Virus record (IMG/VR): IMGVR_UViG_2974546594_000001
Coordinates: 1-57,535 of that record
DNA from: a virus
Taxonomy: Duplodnaviria; Heunggongvirae; Uroviricota; Caudoviricetes; Ackermannviridae
Length of the DNA stretch: 57,535 bases
Direction: 5' to 3' (one strand)
Shown here in pieces: positions 33,629 to 43,500 of this stretch (within the stretch, counting starts at the first letter, position 1; each line of letters begins with the position of its first letter). The notes under the pieces are model-generated. The model did no database searches and had not been told where the DNA came from. It worked only from the letters and a program-made list of their open reading frames with translations. The translations under genes were made by a program, and so were the position numbers.

Positions 33629-35755
33629 ATGATTTCTCAATTCAATCAACCACGCGGCTCTACTTCCATAGAAGTTAACAAACAATCTATCGCTCGAAAT
33701 TTCGGTGTCAAAGAAGACGAAGTCGTTTATTTCACTGCTGGTATTGATCTCGGTGGATTTAAAGTAATTTATGATGAGTCTACCCAACGGGCTTATTCTC
33801 TTCCTTCAGGTATTGTTTCAGGAACGACTGCGATAAGTCTGAACGAACAAGCCATCCTCACTCATTCTTCTGGCTCTGTTGATCTCGGGGAATTAGCAGT
33901 AAGTCGCGAAGAATATGTGACTTTACCTGGTTCTTTTAATTTCGGCCATACCATTAATGTGAAAAATGAACTTCTTGTTCACGATGATAAAAAATATCGA
34001 TGGGATGGTTCTTTGCCAAAGGTAGTTGACGCTGGTTCTACTCCAGATAGTTCAGGTGGTGTTGGTTTAGGTGCATGGTTGAGTGTTGGTGACGCAGCAT
34101 TTAGACAGGAAGCCAACAAAAAATTCAAATATTCAGTAAAGTTATCTGATTATTCTACATTACAGGATGCAGCGACAGCAGCCGTAGATGGATTGCTTAT
34201 TGATATCAATTACAACTTCACAGATGGTGAGTCTGTAGATTTTGGTGGTAAGATTTTAACCATTAACTGTAAGGCTAAGTTTATTGGAGATGGGGCTTTA
34301 ATCTTTAATAATATGGGGCCAGGCTCGGTAATTAATCAACCATTCATGGAGAGCAAGACTACTCCATGGATCATTTTCCCGTGGGATGCTGATGGTAAAT
34401 GGATTACAGATGCTGCCCTTGTTGCTGCAACGCTGAAGCAATCAAAGATTGAAGGCTATCAACCTGGGGTAAATGACTGGGTTAAATTCCCTGGATTAGA
34501 GGCATTACTCCCACAGAACGTTAAAGACCAACATATTACAGCCACTCTAGATATTCGCAGTGCCAGCCGAGTAGAAATAAGAAATGCTGGTGGTCTTATG
34601 GCTGCTTACCTTTTCCGTAGTTGTCATCACTGCAAGGTAATTGATTCAGATAGCATCATTGGTGGTAAAGATGGAATCATTACCTTTGAGAACCTTAGTG
34701 GTGATTGGGGATTAGGTAATTATGTTATTGGTGGACGTGTTCATTATGGTTCTGGTAGTGGTGTTCAGTTCCTGAGAAATAATGGTGGTGAATCCCACAA
34801 TGGTGGAGTTATTGGTGTTACATCATGGCGAGCTGGTGAGTCTGGTTTCAAGACTTATCAGGGTTCCGTTGGTGGTGGTACTGCACGTAACTATAATCTA
34901 CAGTTCAGGGATTCTGTTGCATTGTCTCCTGTTTGGGATGGTTTTGACTTGGGTTCTGACCCAGGTATGGCACCAGAACCGGATAGACCTGGGGATTTAC
35001 CTGTATCTGAATATCCATTCCACCAACTGCCTAATAACCATTTGGTTGATAATATTCTTGTTATGAACTCACTTGGTGTTGGTTTAGGTATGGATGGTCG
35101 TGGTGGGTATGTTTCTAACGTTACCGTACAGGATTGTGCTGGTGCAGGTATGCTTGCACATACTTACAACCGTGTATTTTCTAACATTACAGTTATTGAT
35201 TGTAACTACCTTAATTTTGATTCTGACCAAATTATCATTATAGGTGATTGTATTGTTAATGGGATTAAGGCTGCTGGGATTAAACCACAACCATCAAATG
35301 GTCTGGTTATCAGTGCACCAAACTCCACAATAAGTGGGTTGGTCGGTAATGTTCCTCCAGATAAAATTCTTGTTGGTAACTTACTTGACCCAGTATTAGG
35401 TCAGTCTAGAGTCATCGGGTTCAATAGTGATACTGCTGAGTTGGCTCTACGTATTAACAAGCTGTCAGCTACTCTGGATAGTGGTGCTTTACGTTCCCAT
35501 CTGAACGGTTCTGCTGGTTCTGGTTCAGCATGGACTGAGTTAACTGCACTCTCTGGTTCAACCCCTAATGCTGTATCTCTCAAGGTTAACCGAGGAGATT
35601 ATAAGACAACTGAGCTACCTATTTCTGGTACAGTATTACCGGATGAAGGTGTGTTGGATATTAATACAATGTCCTTGTACTTAGATGCGGGTGCACTGTG
35701 GGCTTTGATACGACTCCCTGATGGAAGTAAAACACGTATGAAGTTATCTGTGTAA
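33629..35755 (+). CDS. Tailspike TSP3, Det7/P22-type endorhamnosidase (708 aa)
   Basis: KFKYSVKLSDY.TLQDAA.AAVDGLLID, DFGGK.LTI.CKAKFIGDG match the P22 tailspike body. Confidence 0.93.
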   Translation: MISQFNQPRGSTSIEVNKQSIARNFGVKEDEVVYFTAGIDLGGFKVIYDESTQRAYSLPSGIVSGTTAISLNEQAILTHSSGSVDLGELAVSREEYVTLPGSFNFGHTINVKNELLVHDDKKYRWDGSLPKVVDAGSTPDSSGGVGLGAWLSVGDAAFRQEANKKFKYSVKLSDYSTLQDAATAAVDGLLIDINYNFTDGESVDFGGKILTINCKAKFIGDGALIFNNMGPGSVINQPFMESKTTPWIIFPWDADGKWITDAALVAATLKQSKIEGYQPGVNDWVKFPGLEALLPQNVKDQHITATLDIRSASRVEIRNAGGLMAAYLFRSCHHCKVIDSDSIIGGKDGIITFENLSGDWGLGNYVIGGRVHYGSGSGVQFLRNNGGESHNGGVIGVTSWRAGESGFKTYQGSVGGGTARNYNLQFRDSVALSPVWDGFDLGSDPGMAPEPDRPGDLPVSEYPFHQLPNNHLVDNILVMNSLGVGLGMDGRGGYVSNVTVQDCAGAGMLAHTYNRVFSNITVIDCNYLNFDSDQIIIIGDCIVNGIKAAGIKPQPSNGLVISAPNSTISGLVGNVPPDKILVGNLLDPVLGQSRVIGFNSDTAELALRINKLSATLDSGALRSHLNGSAGSGSAWTELTALSGSTPNAVSLKVNRGDYKTTELPISGTVLPDEGVLDINTMSLYLDAGALWALIRLPDGSKTRMKLSV

Positions 35756-35768
35756 TAAGTAACTTATG

Positions 35769-35857
35769 CCCCGCTTTGGCGGGGTTCTTATTATACCTTT
35801 GTTCATAAATTTATTAGTTCAGACTAAATACCCCATATTGGCAAATCCTTTATGGGG
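35769..35857 (+). repeat. ~89-bp intergenic cassette copy 2
   Basis: Same terminator, CTAAATA and ATACCCCATA/TATGGGGTAT hairpin. Confidence 0.9.
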
Positions 35858-35866
35858 TATTTTCAA

Positions 35867-38134
35867 ATGACCAGAAATGTAGAAGAATTATTCGGCGGCG
35901 TAGTCACAGCTCCCCACCAGATTCCTTTCACTTATAAATCAAGTGTCGGTGGAGAAACTTTCTTTTCTCTACCTTTCTATCCTGTCACTGGTGTTGTCAC
36001 AATTAACGGTGGTATGCAAGTTCCGTTAGACAACTTCGAGATAGACGGGAATACGTTAAACCTCGGGCGCGCATTGTCCAAAGGCGATGTTGTGTATTGC
36101 TTATTCGATAAAATTCTTTCGCCAGAAGATACAGCCAAAGGTATCCGCATATACAAATTTCAGGCCGTGGGAGGTGAAACCGAGTTCACTCCTGATTTCA
36201 CATCTTATGGTGTCCAATCTCTTTATATCGGTGGTGAGTACAAAACACCCGAAATTGAATATTCCTATAACAGCACGACAGGAAAAGTATCTTTACAAAC
36301 TGCACTGACTGCAGGTGTTTGGGTAGTCGCTGAAATGTCTGTTAAACAACCGAATATCAGTCCGTTGTTTGACCGCAGTATTCAAGAAATTGCCCGTTCT
36401 GCTAATGTGAAAGACTCTGAAGTCATCGTTAGTACGGACACCATATCTTTGTTGGATGGGAAGAAAGTTGTTTATGACATAGCGACGCAAACCAGTTATG
36501 GTTTACCTACATTACCTACGAATGTATATATCTCATCTGTTGGTAATGGACAGTTAACTTACCAGCCAGGTAACGTAACTGTAACTTTAACTGATATCCC
36601 CCATTCAGCAGATGAATTACGAAAAGAATTAGCATCGTCATCTGGACATTTACTAGTGCCTTCGATTCAAATTCAGAATTGGAAAGACATTGGAGATATT
36701 CGTGGTTGGGGTGCCGTAGAAGGTCAGGACTGTACTGCTGCATTGCAGGCTGCAATAAATGACCGTTCGGCATTAGGTTGGGGTACTAGTTCAGATGTAA
36801 TCATCAATGGTAATTACAAAATTGAAGGGCAAGTCATACTAACTACGGATGTTCGATTGATTGGTAATTGGGCAACAATAACTTCAACATCAAATGATTT
36901 TATTTTTGTCTCTGGTTGGAAAGATGGAACTGGTACAGTTGTTCCAAATATTACTGGTTATACGGATGATGAAATAGTATACAACACACGTCTAAAAGGT
37001 ACGGTAATTAAAGGAATTACTTTTGTGGGTGTTGCTAAAGTTTTCAAACTATGGGGCTTTACAGAGCGTTGTGGTATGGAAGATTTAGTTTTCGATAACT
37101 GCGGTATGTGTTGGGATACCCGTTTATCATTCTATCCGTATTATTCAAATATCCTCATCAGAGGTGTTAAGCCTGGTTATGAAGATTGGTTTTCTTACCA
37201 ATTACGTCATCAATGTAATCAAGTTACTTTTACTAAAGTAACTGTGTCTGGACGTAAATATGGTGAATTGATTGATGATGATGTTGAACCTACAGTTACA
37301 CCACCTATAGGTAAAAACTGTCAGCACATCAATCATATTGACTGTACATATGAAGGTGTAACTAAAGCTGTAGTGGCTAGTATCAAAACTATAGGTTACA
37401 CAAATAAAGGTATATACGCTGAAGCTGTATCCGATAACATGTTTGAATTTACTACCGTAGAGCATTACGACGTAGAAATTCAACCTCGCTGGTTTGCTGG
37501 CGTAGAGAAGATGGGGCATTTTAATAATCTTAGAGGTAACTCTAAGATTTGGCAAGGAATGCAGTATGACCATGTTCCTGCTAAACGTTCTGCACTTCAA
37601 TTTGGCAATAGCATCGTTACTGTATACCCTGCTCAAGAAATGTTGTCATATGAGCCAGTATCCACTATGGACAGTGGTATTGCCTTTGACGGTACTTCTA
37701 AAGTCAGAATGCCAAGAATGCGTTTAACTTCTGATGATGTACCAGTGTGGGATGACAATGTTAACTTTGCTCGTTGTCCTGTTACTATTTCTGGATTTAT
37801 CCCCCACATTGATGGGAAGGTAATTGGTGTAACCGCAGCCAGTTATGACCAAGCCACAGATGTTCTGACATTAAACACAGACATTTACTGGTCTGTTTCT
37901 AACCTGGTTCTGGTTGCATTGCAGGTATACCAGACCAGCAATACTGTTAACAGATTCAACTCTACGGGCGTCGTCATGAATGGGTTTGCTTCTCAGTTCG
38001 CTGGACAAAGTATAACCTATGACAACGTTGGTGGACTTACTGTAGTCAAGATTGCCCAACCTGGTGGACCATCTGGTAGTTCTTGGATGACTTCAGGGGA
38101 CTACACAGTAGAAGGGTGTATTCGTTTACTGTAA
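35867..38134 (+). CDS. Tailspike TSP2 (755 aa), specificity unknown
   Basis: MTRNVEELFGG N-terminus (CBA120 TSP2-like XD/TD), beta-helix start DIRGWGAV..D.TAALQAAI. Confidence 0.88.
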   Translation: MTRNVEELFGGVVTAPHQIPFTYKSSVGGETFFSLPFYPVTGVVTINGGMQVPLDNFEIDGNTLNLGRALSKGDVVYCLFDKILSPEDTAKGIRIYKFQAVGGETEFTPDFTSYGVQSLYIGGEYKTPEIEYSYNSTTGKVSLQTALTAGVWVVAEMSVKQPNISPLFDRSIQEIARSANVKDSEVIVSTDTISLLDGKKVVYDIATQTSYGLPTLPTNVYISSVGNGQLTYQPGNVTVTLTDIPHSADELRKELASSSGHLLVPSIQIQNWKDIGDIRGWGAVEGQDCTAALQAAINDRSALGWGTSSDVIINGNYKIEGQVILTTDVRLIGNWATITSTSNDFIFVSGWKDGTGTVVPNITGYTDDEIVYNTRLKGTVIKGITFVGVAKVFKLWGFTERCGMEDLVFDNCGMCWDTRLSFYPYYSNILIRGVKPGYEDWFSYQLRHQCNQVTFTKVTVSGRKYGELIDDDVEPTVTPPIGKNCQHINHIDCTYEGVTKAVVASIKTIGYTNKGIYAEAVSDNMFEFTTVEHYDVEIQPRWFAGVEKMGHFNNLRGNSKIWQGMQYDHVPAKRSALQFGNSIVTVYPAQEMLSYEPVSTMDSGIAFDGTSKVRMPRMRLTSDDVPVWDDNVNFARCPVTISGFIPHIDGKVIGVTAASYDQATDVLTLNTDIYWSVSNLVLVALQVYQTSNTVNRFNSTGVVMNGFASQFAGQSITYDNVGGLTVVKIAQPGGPSGSSWMTSGDYTVEGCIRLL

Positions 38135-38186
38135 TTTACTCACCCCTCTACGGAGGGGGTTTCATTAGAAAAACAATGAGGTACTT

Positions 38187-40433
38187 ATGAACGAAATGTT
38201 TAGTCAAGGTGGTAAAGGTTCAACTGGAATCTTAACCAATAAACAAGCAGTAGCCAGACACTTTGGTGTTAAACAATCTGAGGTTGTTTATGCCAAATCA
38301 GGACAGTCCTTGTCTGGTTATAAAGTGATCTACGATAAGTTGTCTCAACGTGCCTACGCTCTCCCTTCTAACATTGGTACTGTAACGGTCACCAGTTTAG
38401 TCGACGGCATCCTCACACACTCTGAAGGCACTGTAGATTTGGGTGCGCTGGCCGTATTGCGTGAGGAATACGTCATTCTGATAGAAAATTTCACTTCTGG
38501 ATTTACGATTCGTGTCAAAAACGAAGTTGTGAGTGATGGGGTGAGTCTATATCGTTGGGATGGTGATTCCCCCAAGACAGTTGCACCTGGTTCAACTCCA
38601 GCATCTACTGGTGGCGTTGGTTTAGGCGCGTGGGTTAGTGTTGGTGATGCCTCTTTGAGATGGCAATTAGCATCAGACACTGGATACCAACTAATACCAT
38701 CCGTACAAATACAACAATGGAAAAGTTCAGGTGATATTCGAGGGTGGGGTGCTGTCTGTGATGGAATAACAGATGATTTGATACCGATTACAAACGCAAT
38801 AATAGATACGTCTGGTAATATCGCAATACCTAAAACAACATTCGTAAGTTCCCACATCCTTTTTAAAAATCTATCCGATGTGAATGTGATTTTTTTGAAT
38901 TCGTCACAGATAAGAATTGGCACTGGATTTATTTTCAATCCTGATTACCGAGGAATCCTTGAGTTTGATGGGTGTAAAAACGTAACCATTAGAGAACCAA
39001 ACATATTGGGTGCTAAACTTGATAAGTTAAATGCTTTAGAGCCTTGGCAGGATGGAGATGCAGGGATTGAATTCATTAACTGCTCAGGAACGCTGCACAC
39101 AATAAACCCAACGATAAAAGATGTAAAAACATGGGGTATAATCCATGTAACATGTACAAATGCAGATAGTATTGTTGACAATCCTATTATGGAGAATTGC
39201 CAAGTTCAAAGTGGCATTGGTGGAACTGGTTACAGGTCGTTAACTATTAATGGCGGAAATCTAAAAGATATCGGATTGTACGGAGTTGAACTAGAGACAA
39301 GGTCTAGAAATGCAAGAACAAAAATTAACGGCACCACTGCGTTATTGTGTAACAAAGGTTTTGCCGCGGTCAACAACAGTGACAATATAAATATCGTCAA
39401 TGCGAAGGCGATAAACTGCAAAACAGGATTTAGTTTTTATAGCGACAATAGTAGCGATGAATCATTAAGAGGTGATAACCAATGGTTGAAATCATGCGTA
39501 GCTACAAGTTGCAAAACAAGTTTTGAATTAGTTTATCCTAGAAACTCAGGAATAACTGGCTGCACAGAAGACCGTGATGATATTGATTACTTTACAAGAA
39601 CACGCGCATTAGACAGGATTGTTAAGATAACAGGCGGCAAGTCATATGTGGCTCTGGATTCTCCCTCTGAAAACCCAGGATTAATACCTGGTGCGATTAT
39701 ACAAATGGATGACGGCACTCAATTTACTATCGGCTCTGTAGATCCGTCTGCTTCATCAGACCCATTATTTGGTAATGTTGTAGGGTTCACAACATTAACA
39801 GTGATGAATTCGGCATATGTTCGGTCATCTTTCAGAAGATACGTTCAAATATCCACTGGGAAAACCAGTGTTGTTCTTTATGGTGGGAATAACGTATTTA
39901 TTCACGGAAACGACTTTTCTTGGAGCGAATCAGTTTTATCCAGCTTTGGAAATCATGTGAATTTGCAATGGTATGATAACAATACTTATTCATGCCAGAA
40001 TTATTTTGCGCAAGGTTCAGCGGGAACTGTAAGCGGCTCTCTACGAGTTGAAACAGGACAAAATTTAAATTTTGGGGACTGGGGGTCTCCCGGAAAGTTT
40101 TCCAGTACTATAAAGTCAGGGATTACGCTTAGGTTTGATAATGAATCAAGTCATACATCAACGATAAAGCCGAGATATGTAACTGTAGAAGATGGTACGT
40201 TGTTAGCCAGGGTGAGGGTGGTTGTTGATGCAGGAAGCACCACGACTGGTTCGGCTGTATTGAAAATTAATGGTACTGACGCCGTTTTTTTGGCTGGGAC
40301 ACCGTTAGTTGGTGAATCAACATTATCACCTTTAATCACAACGGCTGGGAATATAAATGTACAATTAACTGATACTGCTGGTGATATTATAGCAACAGGA
40401 TACTCCATAAAAATATATCACTTATCTAAATAA
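38187..40433 (+). CDS. Tailspike TSP1 (748 aa), specificity unknown
   Basis: MNEMFSQGGKGSTGILTNKQAVARHFGV N-terminus; beta-helix body. Confidence 0.88.
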   Translation: MNEMFSQGGKGSTGILTNKQAVARHFGVKQSEVVYAKSGQSLSGYKVIYDKLSQRAYALPSNIGTVTVTSLVDGILTHSEGTVDLGALAVLREEYVILIENFTSGFTIRVKNEVVSDGVSLYRWDGDSPKTVAPGSTPASTGGVGLGAWVSVGDASLRWQLASDTGYQLIPSVQIQQWKSSGDIRGWGAVCDGITDDLIPITNAIIDTSGNIAIPKTTFVSSHILFKNLSDVNVIFLNSSQIRIGTGFIFNPDYRGILEFDGCKNVTIREPNILGAKLDKLNALEPWQDGDAGIEFINCSGTLHTINPTIKDVKTWGIIHVTCTNADSIVDNPIMENCQVQSGIGGTGYRSLTINGGNLKDIGLYGVELETRSRNARTKINGTTALLCNKGFAAVNNSDNINIVNAKAINCKTGFSFYSDNSSDESLRGDNQWLKSCVATSCKTSFELVYPRNSGITGCTEDRDDIDYFTRTRALDRIVKITGGKSYVALDSPSENPGLIPGAIIQMDDGTQFTIGSVDPSASSDPLFGNVVGFTTLTVMNSAYVRSSFRRYVQISTGKTSVVLYGGNNVFIHGNDFSWSESVLSSFGNHVNLQWYDNNTYSCQNYFAQGSAGTVSGSLRVETGQNLNFGDWGSPGKFSSTIKSGITLRFDNESSHTSTIKPRYVTVEDGTLLARVRVVVDAGSTTTGSAVLKINGTDAVFLAGTPLVGESTLSPLITTAGNINVQLTDTAGDIIATGYSIKIYHLSK

Positions 40434-40435
40434 CA

Positions 40436-40461
40436 AAAACCCCGCTTTGGCGGGGTTTTTA
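40436..40461 (+). terminator. Intrinsic terminator
   Basis: AAAACCCCGC-TTTG-GCGGGGTTTTT. Confidence 0.85.
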
Positions 40462-40526
40462 TTTCTATCTGTTTGTTGGCTGTATACTAAATATCTCTAT
40501 AAAATGGCACTCGATGGAGCATCAAA

Positions 40527-43500
40527 ATGCAATCTACAAATTTAAACCGTCGCCCGTATTGGGATGACTGGAATCCTGGGAAACGTTTTTCACGGATTCT
40601 TTTTCGTCCGATGCCTATCAAGGTTCAGACTCGCGAACTGAACCAGATGCAGACTATTCTTCAGGATCAAATTGAAAAACTGGGCAACCATTTGTTCAAA
40701 GATGGTTCTATGGTTATTCCTGGCGGTTTGACGATCACTAACGCCGCAGTCTCTTTGAAATTCACTTTGGCGGGTGGTACTGAATTCACCGATCTGGAAG
40801 GTATTTCTGAACTCTACGTTTTGGGGAAAGACAATAACGCCAAAGCGCGTGTGCTGTCTCTTGAACGTGATCTGTCTGCTCCTGACACGATGCTGGCTAT
40901 CCTTGAGATGACTGAAGCGGGTAATGCTGACGGATTCCATGTTAACGATAATCTGTATTTCCAGACTTACGACGTGAATGATAATTTCATTCGTATTGGT
41001 TATGGGATCGCAGCTGCAGTAACTGGTTCTATCGTTGCTCGTATGACGAAAGGCGTTTACTTCATTCGTGGGATGTTCCTAGACGTTGATGACGCAACTC
41101 TTATCGTTGATAAAACTTCGAACACGTCTTCCCACCGCGTCGGATTTAAAGTCACTGAAACCATCGTGACTGAATCTGAAGACGAATCCCTTTATTCAAA
41201 TGCTCAGGGAACGATTAACTCCAAAGCCCCAGGCGCTCATCGTCTTCGAATAGATCTGGTCTTATCTCGATTTGATTATGATGCTGTGGTTGAAGACTTT
41301 GTTGAACTGGCCAAAGTTCGTGATGGTAAAATCCAGTCTATGGTGACTCAGTCCACCTATAATATTCTGGAAGACACGTTGGCCCAACGGACTTATGAAA
41401 CCAATGGCGATTACAACGTTTCAACGCACCAGATCGACATCCGCGAACACCTGAAAGTCAATAACAATGGTGGTGTATTCAATGCTGCTGATGGCGGTGA
41501 CGAAAGTAAATTCGTGTCTGTAATGAAACCAGGTATTTCCTATGTTCGCGGTCGCCGTATCGAAAACGTCGGGGAAGAGTTGGTGATCGTTGATAAGGCG
41601 CGGGATACCGATGTCCTGAATAACACCCCTGTTGCGGTGGCTACAGGCAATTATCTGGTCACCAAGAATTCTAAAGGTGTGCCAGTGATATCCCGCACTG
41701 TTCGATACAAATTACTGAACGCATCCGGTGTTGCTCAAGCCACGGCGTTGTGTATATCCGCCGAACGCAGTTCAACTGAATTCCGCCTGTACATGCGCGA
41801 CCTGGTCGTTACTGGCGATGCATCCACTATCACCAAAGTATCTTATGAAGAAAGTGGTATCACCATGTTCTCTGCTGAACTGGAATCCAATCAGTTTAAC
41901 CAGAGTTCTATGATAGATCTGATCTTCTCTCTTCCGGTATTCGGTGTCAAGACTTTAGCACCAACTGGCTCCGTGGATATCAACTACACTGTTCTCAGAA
42001 CGTATAAAGTGACGTTGGACAACAGCGGCGCGGGTTCTATTTCTGCTCCATTGGGATATAGTTTTTCCCCAGAATTTTCGTTATACTCTGCAGCGAAATC
42101 AGATGGTTCGGAAGCACAGTTCGATATCTCTGGTTCTTTGTCTTTGACTGGTTCTCCGGTCGGTTCGGCGCTGCAGATTTCTCTGGGCAGTGGTAATGCT
42201 AACCAGTCAATCAATTTGCTGGCGCTGATGATTCGTACCACGGCCACAATCAAAACGAAGACCATCACTGAAACAACTGAAACAGTGACGTTCACCTCGC
42301 AGACTAGCCGTCCTTTGGCGAATCACGATGGTTGGAAATTGGTGTCGGTCAAAAACGATACTGGCGCAGACGTGACCTCCAGCTTCGTCCTAGATGGCGG
42401 ACAACGTGATGCAGGGTATTACAAGTCTAACTTGTTATCCAGCGCTGGAGCAATCTCAGGGACGTATACAGTGGTGTATCAATACTTCGCCCACAGTTCC
42501 GGTGATTTCTTCTCTGCTGATTCGTATACTTCGATGGATTATAAAGATATCCCGAATTATACATCATCTACATCAGGCGCGGTGTATGGCCTTGCAGATA
42601 GTTTGGATTTCCGTCCGAAAATTACCAACGGAACTTCTGACACAGATATGGTTCGTCCAAACACTGCAGTTATTCTGGACACAGAATATTATCTGCCGCG
42701 TATTGACGCGATTTATCTGGCAGACAACGGTGTGTTTGGTGTGGCTCGAGGCATTAGTTCTAATAATCTGGCTTCTCCAGCAATCCCAGCGAACGCCATG
42801 CGTTTGTATGAATTGTTGATCCCGCCGTATACACCGAATATTGATGATATCCAAATTCGAACTATTGATAATCGTCGTTATACGATGCGCGATATCGGTA
42901 AACTGGAAACCCGTATTTCCAATGTTGAATACTATACCTCTCTGTCACAGCTGGAATCTTCAGCGATGACACAGCAAGTGTTCGACCCCATTACGGGTAA
43001 TCCTCGTTTCAAAAATGGTATCGCAGCTGATCCGTTCAAAGACTTCCGGTTGATTGATGACTTGTCTGAAGATTGGATGGGTTCTATCGATACCGAAAAC
43101 GGACGTCTACGCCCGTTTGTACAACAGAACGTTGTTGACATGACTCCTGTTGGCTGGAACAAAGTGATGGATGGGATGGTGGTTTGTAATTACACGCCTG
43201 AAATCTCAGTGAACCAAGAATATGCGACGACGACGATCAACGTTAACCCGTATGCAGTATTCAATTGGGAAGGTTTCTTGAAGATTAACCCGACCACAGA
43301 CTACTGGTTCGAAAACTATTATGTTGCGCCGCGTATTATCAATGAAACGATCAACACCCGTGGTACTGTACAAGAAGGTTCAGTGTACGGAACATGGCGT
43401 ACTGTTTCTGTTTCTGATCGTGTTTGGGAACCGCATGGCGCTGGTGGTGTGTGGTGGGGATATCGTTACCGCACGACTGTTTCTGCCCGTGATGTCACCA

